A stretch of 57,116 nt of DNA, filler included, from Sphacelaria rigidula (lineage: Eukaryota), in assembly GCA_964200075.2 (NCBI GenBank). It is 6 parts of 6 records of this genome, joined end to end, with 100 filler letters (N's around TTAATTAATTAA, not from the genome) between each part and the next. Parts side by side here need not be neighbours in the genome. Positions count along the whole stretch, not along the records: positions 1 to 9,437 come from CAXNAA020008501.1; positions 9,538 to 18,974 come from CAXNAA020008502.1; 4 more parts are not named here. One strand, written 5' to 3'. The notes under the pieces were generated by a model. That model had not been told where the DNA came from. It was given only the letters and a program-made list of their open reading frames with translations, and did not search any database. How positions within the stretch are numbered: position 1 is the first letter of the stretch; every line of letters starts with the position of its first letter. Shown here piece after piece: positions 1 through 12,014 of the stretch. The translations under genes were made by a program, and so were the position numbers.

Positions 1-78
1 GTTTAGGAGACAACCAACTAGACTAATGACCAAGTCAGCGCTGACTTAATCAGTAGTCTAGTTGGTTGTCTCTTAAAC
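1..78. repeat. 78-bp near-perfect palindrome (mini foldback/MITE); may extend beyond the window start
   Basis: Left arm GTTTAGGAGACAACCAACTAGACTAATGACCAAGTCAG versus reverse complement of right arm GTTTAAGAGACAACCAACTAGACTACTGATTAAGTCAG (4 mismatches); centre CAGCGCTG. Confidence 0.85.
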
Positions 79-1731
79 CGTCACAAGTCACACGCATCAT
101 GGGTGGGCCAGGAAGTCGTTTTTGGGTTGTATCTATACCTCGTCGCTCCCCGCCAACGCTACCCGCGTCTTCATTGAACCCGTTTTGCCCACATCCATTG
201 GTAATGGTTTTCCCACGCCTATTTATCTATGTGTGCATGAGAGGCTTGAATTTGTTTCGATTCGTTTTGTGGGCTCGTTTTGAAGTGACTTTTTTTAGCT
301 CAGTTTTTCTTTGGCTCTCCTGTGTGGTGGCCTCCCAGTGTATATGCTGACAACTTGTAGACGAGCGATGACAACCGGTTCGTAAGGAGCTTCATGATGC
401 TGGGGAAGGCTGCTCACGTCGCCGCGCGCAGTGTCCCCAAGGTGAGAAAATATTGATATATTGGGTTCCGTGTGTTTCATGCGTTCACCACGCTCTACAA
501 CAGCAGTATGTCCATGATGTGAAGCACGGGAGCAAACGAGGAGGAAAGTGTACGGAACCTTCCCCAAAATCTGGTCAAGGATATAAGCCCCCCTTGGACA
601 TATTGCGGCATGACTTCTGCTGCTTGACGAATGTTTTAAAACAGTCCCGCCCACACACACCAGCAGCAAGCAGCAGTAGACATAGTTCACTGTTTCGAAG
701 GTCGTTAGAGGGGACCATCCCATAATATCGAGGTGCATGTCTAGCGCTGAGTGTGTTGCCGAGACACGAAAGAGAAATAATCCAAACGATGCAGGGCGAA
801 GCGCTGTGATTGCAGAACTATTGGCAGACAGCAACGACGGGATCCTGCTCAAGGGTGACCTCAGAAGAGTTGCAGCGTTGTTCGTGCTGTTGTTGCTGTG
901 AGGATGAATGCTGCCGTAGCCGGAGTAGATGGGGGTTGGTGAGCGCTTGTAGATCGTCTGTATGAGTACCGTGTGAGGGAACTCCAACATGCGGAGGTGG
1001 ATGTGAAACACATAAGTTACTGCCCCCTGCCTGATCTCGCTGTGCTAGAAACCCGGTGATGATGTCCGAGCGTCCCGTGGTAACACGGGGAATATTGATA
1101 ACACCCACCCAACCTTTACCTGTCACGTGTGCGGGCAATATTATGCCCGTGGGAAAGGTACCAGCACCCCGTCTCCTACTGGTACGTGTGGACATCCCAG
1201 GGCCGATTTTTCAAATATAAAGTGGAAACCTGGGGATGGAATCCTGGTGCCCCCTGGTCACCCCAGACACATTTCTTTCCCCTTTCAACCGGATGTGTAT
1301 ATGGGGCTCATATTAACGTTTTTACCCACGGGGCTTCTATCCTCGAGCACAGCGACACATCAGGGCACACCGATGTGAAATTCAACTGTACTCATCTGCG
1401 GCTAGCCACAGCTCCCCGAACTGGGCATGGTTCCGTCCGCAATTGCATTATCAGTTAAAGCAAGACCTCATCTCACATCGACAAAACTGGGGCAAGCCCA
1501 CTGTGCACTAGAGAAGGTAGGAGGCAGTAGCACGAGTACCAGAAGCAGCAGCAGCACCACCACCATCACCATTCAGACTCCAACGTAACCCAAGGGCCAA
1601 CCCGAAACATAGCTCTTGAGGGACGCTCACAAGCTGATAGATGTCGAGGTCTAAAATTATCATGTCTTCAATTCATCGCGAAATGTGATGAGGTGGTTGT
1701 TAGGTGAAGTGGGTAGGGGACACGAACTCAC

Positions 1732-4700
1732 GTTCCGAGAGCAGAGAACGACGAACACACTACTCTTCGAAATGGGTTTATGTCATACGGCACGGATGAT
1801 GTCAATTGTAAATCCCACATTTTCTCTTCTTTTTCTGCTTCGAATCTGCTTTGTACAGCAGCAGTAATAGCAACATCATTATCGTCCGTACAGCTGCACT
1901 CATGGTCAGGGTAAAACAAAGTAAAATACAGTAGTGGGCAGTCGACAGAGAACATGAACTAGTACAACCGGTCCAACAATATTTTGGCCTGCAATCTGCA
2001 ATCACTACACTCGCAGCGATTGTAGTGTACGGGTTTATCTTACGTGGTGGGTGCTTTGGCTCCCTGCTGAGGTCACGTCATCCGACACGGGGAAGACAGA
2101 CGTTTCTTCAAAATATCTTACACCACCGCACCGCGGAGCAAACCTCCCACTCACGACACGATCGGAGGGGACTGATGCTTATAGTTAGACCATAGTAGCA
2201 TGGAATGTGACACGCATTGGGCAGCCGCCAATCCATGGCCGACACCGAACAAAGAAATAGTCGTAGCAGGTCGCGTGCGAGGCGCTACATGCCGCAGGTG
2301 GCAATATAACGAAACGCCGCGTCCCATAATTTGGGTGCTGTCGAGTACACATTTGGGCTTTATAGAATACGCCAAGTGCGCGCGAACAGAGGAAGACAGC
2401 CAGCACTCGTCACAACGTGTGTGGCAGGGCGGTTTTGGTGCTGCCGTCTTGGTGACGACAAAGACCTGTAACAGCGAAGAAGTATCAATCAGATCGTCCG
2501 CACGTGCCGTGCTGTAGCCGCATTTCTCGGATCCGTGCTGTACCCGGAACAGGGGGCTGCGTGGAGACAATTTTTGGACACGTAGCCCCCCCCCCCCTAA
2601 TTGTTTCTATTTGTTGTCAAATATTGCTGAAGAAATTGATCAACAAGCGAGGGAACATTTTCGAAAATTCTCATGATCTTTGTGATGTTTTTGTTGCACA
2701 CTGCAGGCATACTGCTGAAGAAATTGATCATCAACGGCTGACAGAAGTTGAAGGACATAGAGTGAAGGAAATACATGGAGTCGAAGAACTTGTTTGCCCT
2801 GCATTTGGATGATTTCCCCGGAATACAAGTAGTTCAGAGTAGGCGGAGACCCCGCGTAGGACGCTTGTGATTTTCCCCTCTCGATCCTCTTCGCGTTCCT
2901 TATTGGCCTCTCTTGTCCTTGGGCCTGGCGGTATCACATTTTCGCGTTGCGCACCCGCAGCCGCCCTACTCCGTGAGAAGTACAGAAGTGTGCTGTACAT
3001 GGGGTCAGTTGACAGGTGTTCAATGCCATATTTTATGTGCAAGATAGCAGCGTCAACAACAGAGGATATTCGGCGCAATGGAATCCGTCGGTATTGTGTC
3101 AACGATACGCCGACGGCGGCCAATATGTCATGCGGTAAGAACACCTCTCTGCTGTTGACAAACTCAAGCGCAGGGGGGTGCGAAACAAACATCCTACCGT
3201 GGGGAGAAATCAGATTGTTTAGGGTGAACCGGTAGTGCAGGGGTGAAGTGGGGGGTGCGTCCTGAAAGGGTTTTGCGGTTGCAGCACAACGCACGGTATC
3301 CCCCTAGCTGTTCCACATGACGGAGTTCTCCACCAATACGCCCCCGCGTCAATTACAGGTTGTGTCTATGGACGCTGGCCACCTCTAGGGTTCCTGGAAG
3401 GGGGTCATGTACGTCCTCTCTATGAAGGACAGCAACAACCATCTTATCCACGTCTCCACTGTGATCGCTGACAAAGAGAACGAGACGAGCTACACGTTTC
3501 TCCTTGAGCAGACCATCAAGAACGAGGACATAAGGGAACTCCTCACCTCCAGAAAGGCGACGTTCTTCACCGATGGCCACAGAGGATCACCCACGGCGCT
3601 CGCCTCTGTTATTCCTCAGGCACCGGCTCGTACGTGTTTGAGGCACTTGATCACGAACCAGCGAATGAAGAAGATGGGAACGGTGAGTACGTCTCTCTGT
3701 GGACTATTTTTGTTCATGTGTCGTGGAAATGCGATGCTATCTGTACAAACACGCCCCCCACCTCATCACCTTTGTCTGTAGCCAATGGCTCGGTGTTGAA
3801 TTTTCGTGGAAGAGCCAACGACGACTCCACGGATAACATTCAGTCGGGGGATAGCCAACGGAAATTTACTAGTGTCGTACGCATGTCGGCTGCCATTCAT
3901 TGTATGATACGCGCATTTCTATTTGCGTGAGTTTTTCAAGGGACATGCTTGGGCATGTACGCATGTTGATGACAATCCTTCACACAAACTCAAGTTCTCG
4001 CCTGAGGGTTGACACCGCCGCAAGGGACATCCGCGGGCGTAGTTTGCCACTGGTTTTGACTGCCCTGTTTTGTTTTCGCAGATACTTCGCAATCCTCTCG
4101 TAAGTTTCGTTTGTAAAACCTTCGCCCAACGTTTGCTGAATGAATTTGAGATGAGCCCTCCCGCGAACACGGAGTGTGGAAGCCTCGAAGAAACACGTCC
4201 TGACAGGCAAAACCTGTGTAGATATCTTGATGTGATAACTTGTCCGCATCGACCAGGACTATTCCGCGGCGGTCTACAAAGCGGCGAAGATACCTTCCAA
4301 ACATCTTTCCGACGAGGCCATGGCACCCGTCAAGGAGCGCTTCCCGTCAAACTACGCCCTTCTCACTTCCCGCCCCCTCGAGCAATGGACACATCATGCC
4401 ACTGACAGGAACCTCGTGGTCCAAGACTCCACGACATCCAACAACGCGGAATCAACAATCTCCATGGCTGGAGCAGGGGTGAGTGTGAACACGGTTCACG
4501 CCGTGTGAAATCATCAAGCCAAGTTAGAAGGAACGGGGAACAAATATCTCGCTGTTTGTTACCACAGCCGTGTTTTCTCAAATTATACAAAGTACGCTGC
4601 TCAGCAACAGTACACAGCTTGAAGACCCCCAAAATCCTGATATTGTCGAGACGGAGATTTATATTATGGTTGCCGTCGACGAAACCATTGTCACTGCTCG

Positions 4701-4868
4701 TGTCAGGATAAAAAAGGGTTGCGAGGAGAGGGGGATCTTGTTAGGCGCCCGCAAATCGTGAGGGGTCCTCTTCTTCTTACGCCCGCGGAGCAGTGATTCT
4801 TTACAGATGGTGATGTACATGACAGTAGCCCTCGGCTGCGCTGCCTCTACGCCATTGCTACAGCTCGT
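1732..4868 (-). pseudogene. Unknown multi-exon antisense gene interleaved within the MULE transposase introns (partly decayed)
   Basis: Minus-strand acceptors precede protein-like frames at 4868, 4213, 3193, 2465 and 1845. Exons 2465-2155 and 1845-1732 are stop-free, both end in GTGAGT and join in phase. None of these exons overlaps a transposase exon. Confidence 0.55.
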
Positions 4869-5170
4869 CTGCTGGATTGAAAAGGGTTGGCGAAAGGATG
4901 TGTCTGTGGGGCAACAAAAAATGGGCAGACACGCGGCGGAATGAAGGATTCGGATTCCTTGTCGTCACTCTTGCTGTATTTTGTGACCACAACTCTCGCC
5001 ACACCTGCTGGGATGTGCAGAGCACGGGTGGAATCGGTTGCTAGTGTGCGTCTCCCGGACGTTCTCTTCTTTCTTTCGCTGTGTTTGCTGCTGGAGCTGC
5101 TGTTCGGCGGACTGGTGTGTGTCTACGGTGTGTTTGATACCTGACAAAAGAAAAACGAACCCTCATATAA

Positions 5171-5558
5171 CACGGGATTTTACAATTTGGGGATGGATAT
5201 TGTTGTTGGGGATGAACGTTGGGAAGCTTGATCAAAATATTATCGAAATATAAACAAGTACAAACGCACTCTCCGCCCATGATGTGTGATCTCTTTCGTC
5301 CTAAAAGGCAGACACCCGCAATTTTGAATGTCCCGTCTTTTCAGTGGATTTAGATAAATAAGAACAGTTTTTTTATCCGGACGGACCGGAGGACGACATT
5401 GTTTGGTATAAACACCAGATTTTACAAATTTCAGATTGACTTTTTTTGGATGAGCGAGACCACACATCACGGGCGGAGAGTGCGTTTGAATTTCTATTTC
5501 GACAATAGTTCGATGCTTCTCAAGCTTCCCAAGGTTCATCCCCAATTTGTGACATCCC
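5171..5558. mobile_element. Degenerate palindromic MITE in a MULE intron (CACGGG..TTGGGGATG terminus)
   Basis: Arms ~5174-5293 and ~5456-5558 are inverted (caaacgcactctccgcccatgatgtgtgatctc versus gagaccacacatcacgggcggagagtgcgtttg). The terminus matches the element at 40444. Confidence 0.7.
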
Positions 5559-8500
5559 TTCTTGAATGGATATTCGCTTGTTTCTTTTCGCCGGTCTTCG
5601 TTTCCTCCGAACGCGGGAAGACAGCCTTGATTCGTTGCTTTGGGGTAAAAAATGAGCACACGAGAGAAAGGCGGCCTGATGATAAACCGGAGCCTGACGG
5701 CAATATTTCGCCCATGTACTATACGCACCAAACGACTTGGCTTCTTCTCATCCCTCCCTTTCTTGATGCGACATCGTCATGCGCACAGGCTCGGGCGCTG
5801 GACCCCTTTCATGTCACAATGGCGATAGCGGAAAAAACCGCGGAGAGACTCGCGACCCACGCCGAACTGAAGAAGGACTCTGCTGCTGCCCTTGTTCCAT
5901 TCGCGAAGGCGTTCATTGAGAACGAGAGGAAGCTCAGTTTAAAATTAGTGCAGACGCTTAGCAAGGCAAATCATGGTTGGCGTCATGCTTGGCCTGATGT
6001 TCCTTCAGTTATTTCGCTCGTGGGTTGACTCCATGATCCGTTCTTGTCTACTGGCGTTTCGTTTCCTCTCAAAACTGTTGGTTACGGTTCTTTTTGTAGG
6101 ACGAATTGCTGTCAGACGAAAAATGTGTTGCAATATTGGTTTTCACACGTCATATACGATTTTCGATTACCTTCGTGTTCTGTTGATGTACTCACCACAC
6201 CACACCCGGTGGGACACACCCCCGCTGTGGCCGCGCGTCATGAAATTACCAAAACGAAATGAAGAGACTGCACTACCATGGTGGCCGGACACCGCGGTTC
6301 CACTTGCCGAAATCAAAACCACCCCCGACAAATACCCTGTTTTACCGTCGCTTCTCTGTCCCTTGGATCAATAGGTTGGTTTTGTGGTCTTGCATTGTGC
6401 ATGAGTATGTTAAGCAATTGCCCGTCGCTGTCGTCTCAACTTTGTTCGTATGTTCGTTTCGTTGTCGTTCCCTTCTTGGCTACACTCGTGAACAGGAAGT
6501 ACGTCCAGAACCACGGCCTGGGTGTCTTCACGGTTCAGGAGCACGGTGACGCCAAGCACGGCAATAGGGTGACGATTCAACTGCCGGACGCCGATGGGAA
6601 AGGTGCCTTCATGGATTGCACCTGCCGCGTGCCTTCCAGGTGGAAGTTGCTGTGCTGCGACGCAGTCGCTGCGTTGAAATGTAAGTCTTTGTGTGGATAG
6701 CCGCATGGGGTGTACGTCACTCCCTGGCGTCGTACTGTCCGCAGGGCGGTCCTGCTGCTAAATGTGACGTGAAGTTATCTTATTGCACATAGTATTACCC
6801 GTTTGTGTTGTCATCTTTGTTCCTGACGCCAGTCTACACCTTTCCGTATATGTCGGCGCATTGGCCGGGGTCACACAGGACAAAGGCCAACACAGGAGTT
6901 CTTTTTGGTTTTATTTGTTTTTAGCACTTCATCGTCCTTCTGCGGTGCTTGCCTTTCTTTTGATTGCGAGAACGGTTCAGCGGTCTCTTTCCCTCCTCGA
7001 CCATGAAGTCCATTTCGTCTTTTATTGTTGGGATATTAATTCATTGGTTCGTTTGAGTGTTCTTTTATTTCATTGCATTTCTTGTTGTGTTCTTTTGGTT
7101 GTCGGGCCATGGACAACATTGAGGATCCTTTCGTCACAGCGACCTTCTCGATTGTGCTGAGGGCTTCAGGTTGATATGCGTCGAGTTGTCCCTTGCACAT
7201 GCTCGCGGCTGATGCGTACAAGACTCTATATACAAAAGCTTGTATGCGTGCTCGCCCGGAAAGTGAGTACCCCGAATTCGACGACAGATTCCACCCCGTC
7301 CCCCTCCACGAGGACAACACTTGGAGTGGTATTCGAACAAGCACACAAGAGGCAACTCCGGCCCTCGCTGTTGTCCAATAGCCATTTGATTCTCTTCCAG
7401 AAAAAAATCTGCACTGATCACTTTTCACCCAAACCGAATGCAAAAATTGTTCTTGCATGTTTTTTTTGCATGTTTCAGAGGGAGTTGCAACAAAGGCGAT
7501 AGTACTGCGGATATGTCGCCTTTTCCCTCAACCGTTATCTTACCCTTTTGATTTTACATTGCACCACTTTCCCCCTCTGTGAGCGTCCGACAGCCACAAA
7601 CAGGCTTGATGCCATGATGGCATTCGTTGACCGCGGGTATACCTTGAAATCTTACCGAGAAGTGCACAGCAATCCCGAGTATCGCGTGGTGCTGCCTATC
7701 TGGTCAGAGTTATCCGAGAGCAGCATCCTCCCTCCCCGCCCAGTTGAGGGCCAAGCTGGTGCTCCTAGGAAGGGTCCTGCGCCCAAAGCGCGAATCCGTG
7801 GGCGTAACGACAACTGCCAGCGCGGGCGCGGGGGCGGTGGAGGTAGCGGGAACGGAGGCGGCGCCGACGTCGTCCCCGCTCCCCCAGTTCATGGAATGGG
7901 AAGCGTTCGTAGCTTCCTCGGAGACATCGGTCACGGAGGGTCGACGGGCGCTGAGCGACCCGCCCCCAGGGTGTGGGGGCCGCTTGCAGTTCAGAGATAC
8001 TGCTCGCAGGCGGCGGCGGGAGCGGGGGCGAGTTCAAGCGGCACGCAGGATCTATCCCAAGGCTCTATCGACCTGACATAGTTCACTCATTTTTATTCGA
8101 TATCATTGACAAGTGGTCAACTTTTGTTGGAGTGAAATACGGCGCTGTCATGTGTGCGTGGAGAGAGTTTTAAACATTGGCGGGGGGGGGGGCATGTGGC
8201 GGTGTTCCGTAAGGCACCATGCAGGAGTACCATCATTGGCTAAGTTGCAGCTTTCCATCTATGAGAGGCGTGAAGCGACCACAAACCATCGCGGACGCTT
8301 GCGTCGGGTTTGGAGCCCGGTGGCGCAGAAGTATCGTCGGCCGAGTTGGGGGTGCATGAAATGAAATGGATTGGATCGGACAAGCTGCACTCCCAAATCG
8401 ACTTCTTAGTGAATTCTTTAGTCACTTTCATTTTGCCGCTTTTGTAGTTAACGTTTTAGTCACTTGCCTTTCGTCGCTTTTGTGGACATCCCGTTCGTTT

Positions 8501-9437
8501 TCTCGAGCGTCCTTTTAAGACTACTGTGTTACCTACCATAGATTTGGAACGGTGGGATTTAGTAGAGGATCCACCGGTTGTTGTAAAACGCTGTATTGAA
8601 TCGACACAAGAGTTCGACCTGAGAAATGGATGCATGGCACTTTCGGTAGGAGGTTGGGGGCTTGAGAGTGATGGTTTTTTCGTGCTGGTAGATGGCGTTC
8701 TTGCTGTCATCGCAAAATTCTACTTTACTTCTTGAGTCGTGGCACGGTACGAGTTGCACGTTTCGGCCCAGATCGTTCTCATTGACAGGGTCCTGAAATT
8801 GGCACGTACACAAGAAAATGGATCAGGACGTTCGTTCCTGTTTCAAAATGAAATCGAGATATCCCTAGCCCATTGGGTGCTAATCGTCACGTGTTTTCAA
8901 TTTTTTCATCAGTCGTTTCTTGGATTAAATAAAGGGCTCCTAACTATTCTAACCTCATGAATATTTTGTGCACCCCTACCGTGGCATTACTCTTTTACAT
9001 GTTGAGTCGTCGACGTCATATGCAATGCTGAGGTCGCCCGGGTGCATGTTTCGCGCTATCCATTTATACCACATGTTCTTGAGGAAACGCTGTTGGAAAA
9101 GCCCCCCCCCCCCTCCTCCCTCCCCCCATGTTTCCCTATTTTTTCAAGAGCTTGCTCTCAATGCTAAAGTACAAGGAGTAGCATGAATATTCAGAAAATA
9201 CAACAAGAAAAATCAATACATTCGACACTTCGCTCCTCATGTTTCCCTCCTTTTCAAAGGGACAGTAAGTACTACGAACATTTCGGCAAAACAAGACACA
9301 TCAACAAATGGAAGACCCCGCCCCCCCTGCTTCCCATGCTTCCCTCGTTTTCAAACGCTCTTGCAAGGGAGTGATGCGGCGATACCCCCCCCCCCCCCCC
9401 AAAAACCAGTCCCAAAACTGTCACGAAAAACATGACC

Positions 9438-9537
9438 NNNNNNNNNNNNNNNNNNNNNNNNNNNNNNNNNNNNNNNNNNNNTTAATTAATTAANNNNNNN
9501 NNNNNNNNNNNNNNNNNNNNNNNNNNNNNNNNNNNNN
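9438..9537. other. Artificial contig linker (N44-TTAATTAATTAA-N44); identical linkers at 18975-19074, 28511-28610, 38047-38146 and 47582-47681
   Basis: Five linkers of exactly 100 bp, each with a palindromic 12-mer that places stop codons in all six frames. Confidence 0.97.
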
Positions 9538-10490
9538 ACAGGTTAGGTGGGCAAGTACGAACGAAGATATGAAGAGACACAGAGGTGATGACCGAAGGAT
9601 TCTCTGTCTTCACCCCCGCGAGTCACTCCTCTTTCTACGGTCTGTAGTTTCTGATTCGAAGATTGGTCTTGAGTGCTTTTTGTGGTATTTTATAGTGAAA
9701 CGACATCGGGGCGCCACCAGTAAAATACTCAAAGAAGAATCAAAAAGTCTATCTTCTGCTCTTGGCATATCAGTGCCCGCATCTCTTTGGAATTGTGTTT
9801 GAACAAGACGGCTGACTTTCATAAAAACAGTTGAACCTACTTTTGGGAATAGAGTGAAGACTTCTACCCTGACAGACGTCATTGACTGGTCGGACCTGTG
9901 CCAAACCTCTGCCGAACAGAACACACGCTGCATCCAAAGTTATCCACGTCTAGTATGCGACAGCTGCAATTTTTTCATCGCTTTTTTTTCGAGACAGGAA
10001 GCAAACCGGTCTGTGGCACTTCACAGCCCCCCGCACACACAGTAGATCTATTCAGTGACGCGGCGGATTTGCTCAATTCGCCACAGCGGATCCGACGAGC
10101 CCCAGAACGTCGAAGAAAACGCGTATTTTAGTACATTTTGGCAATTTGCGGAGCGCCGCGGGCTCCGCGGCACGCGTTACGGAAATCCGACGCACCATTC
10201 AATAGTTTTGGTGCGTGGAGGGCGCACGCATCAAACCGCAGTCCAATCCTCTGCTTCGTTGCCGAGATATTTGCGTTGAAAGATGAGCACAACAACATGT
10301 TGCAGCAAGAAACGCACAACAACAACACGACCAGCAGCTTCTATCCTCCTGTTGTTGTAACCCTGTGCACAGGTGTACAGCAAGGTCAGTCACAGGGTTG
10401 TTTTTTGTTGTAGAAAATACTGAAGCAATGGTATATTTTGTATGAGCGCCGTCGTCATTTCGAGTGACGGGTGGACTTGTGATTGATACT

Positions 10491-11315
10491 GAGGCGGGGT
10501 CTTATCAGAAGTGATCATCACGTTTCAAGAAACCACTTTTGTGAGAAACGACCGATGATTGGTTGCTGCGATACCACCCCCCCCCCCCAAATGTGCCAAA
10601 AAATTACTTCTGCAAAAGTGATTTCAGGAAGAAAAACAACGCTTCCCGATATCACTTTTGCAAAAGTGATTTTTTGACACCTCGAACGGGAACATGAAAC
10701 ATCCCGTGGACAGGAGCAAAACCGAAGTCTTGACAGACAAGTGAAGACAATCATACGTAAACCTGAGGATAACATTGCCCTTCCAAACTAAAACTCACCG
10801 CTTTATTCATTGCTGCTCATCAGCTGAGCACGCTGTGCGTGACCTTGCTCGAATCGGTTCAGAATCCAGTGAGAAAGGATGATTCGCGTGGGACGCGCGC
10901 AAAGCACATGCTCAAAAACAGTCAGCAACAGCACATTTTCGGTTGATGTTTGACACGCATGCGGCCGCCTTTCATCTAATACTGGACGGATTTCCGTCAA
11001 ACAAAGGCTGCCGTGTGTAAATGAAGAGCTAGCGCTTGAGCCAATGCGCGTGGGTCGTGAATGTCTATCCGTCGGTTTTCGTGGCTACGTGTGTCGACGC
11101 TGTGCTACCTCTTTGCGTCTCGTCTGCAGCGGTACGGAGATATTGGACTAAAGGCCACTTCCAGAACCGCCGCATTTTTTACCTGTGCGCAGATCTNNNN
11201 NNNNNTGAACAAAACTGCTTGTCGAGAAGACGCAGCACTGGTCGTTGTGGGGACAATCTCTTCTCCAAAAGTGATTTTTTGAAGAGTGATAATCACTTCT
11301 GATCAGACCCCGCCT
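10491..11315. mobile_element. Non-autonomous TIR element (~825 bp, ~50-bp TIRs)
   Basis: gaggcggggtcttatcagaagtgatcatcacgtttcaagaaaccacttttg is inverted with caaaagtgattttttgaagagtgataatcacttctgatcagaccccgcctg. Internal ATCACTTTTGCAAAAGTGAT-type palindromes at ~10601 and ~10651. No TSD found. Confidence 0.65.
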
Positions 11316-12014
11316 GATTGGCTCATATCGGTTTCATCTCTTCTGCATTCAACTGACTGTGTAGTTGGTCGGCGCATTTTCCCTGCATATAGTGCCCGAA
11401 ATCGGGCCCCATTCACGGGCATAGCTGTGCATGCAGCAGCCGCCCAGACAGCATCACCCACGGAAGGAGCTCACGCGTGGACAACCAAGGTGTGTTGATT
11501 AATAGGCAGGCAGTTCGTGTCGAAGATTGCAACTGCAATAGTGCTGTATGCAACGAGTCAGGGCAGAGTGCGTGCAGCCCAAGGTGAACACCAAAACCGC
11601 CCCCCCCCCCCCGTGAAATCTGACCTCCGGTGTTATGGGAGAGGACGGCGCTCGGATTACACCACCGGCAGAGATACAGAGCATGTAAACAAAGTAAACT
11701 TCATGTTGTACAACGATTCTCTGAAATCCATCGGTGTCGCAAACTCAACGACTTGACCGAAGTTTGAAAAGTTGAAATTTTGCACCAGCACATGTGTCCA
11801 GTAGAGAGTCCCCTTCCTGCTCTACAAGCTGTCCACCCCGGTGCAGTACAAGCCCGTGCAGCACAATACCATGCACTCTAGTGCAGCACAGAACAACGCA
11901 ACTTCGTTCAGTGAAGAGCAGCGCAGCACAGAGTCTTGTACAGTCTGTGAAGTTTAGTGCTTGGATATGAACAGCGCCGACTACAAGAAGAAACACTGTA
12001 CAGTACTGCTGCAG

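Larger units (their letters stand above)
361..8081 (+). pseudogene. Spliced Mutator-like (MULE/MuDR) DDE transposase with SWIM finger; decayed; 5' exons outside the window
   Basis: Exons with AG/GT borders: 361-441 (TSDDNRFVRSFMMLGKAAHVAARSVPK), 3359-3682 (VVSMDAGHL*GSWKGVMYVLSMKDSNNH..ENETSYTFLL..FFTDGHRG..RTCLRHL), 4257-4478 (..EQWTHHA..TTSNNAES), 5789-~5965 (donor uncertain), 6496-6680 (..CTCRVPSRWKLLCCDAVAA), 7594-8081 (..FVDRGYTLKSY..ILPP..GAPRK). This reproduces the MULE D / D / CxxH / NxxES / SWIM order. In-frame TAG at 3386-3388; SWIM His replaced by Asp. Confidence 0.9.

Noticed and set aside
818-1195. ULP1-like protease motif IILPAHVTGKGWVGVI
   Set aside because: The catalytic His of the HW motif is absent and no QxNxxDCG motif was found; probably not the true frame.
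3386-3388. Stop-codon readthrough or a variant genetic code
   Set aside because: The dynein exons use the standard code with no internal stops; a nonsense mutation in a decaying TE is simpler.
8240-8813. Lys/Ser-rich minus-strand ORFs as the first exon of the antisense gene
   Set aside because: No clear splice sites or recognisable motif; cannot be supported.
9482-9493. TTAATTAATTAA palindrome repeated five times
   Set aside because: Always centred in exactly 100-bp N blocks; an assembly linker, not biology.
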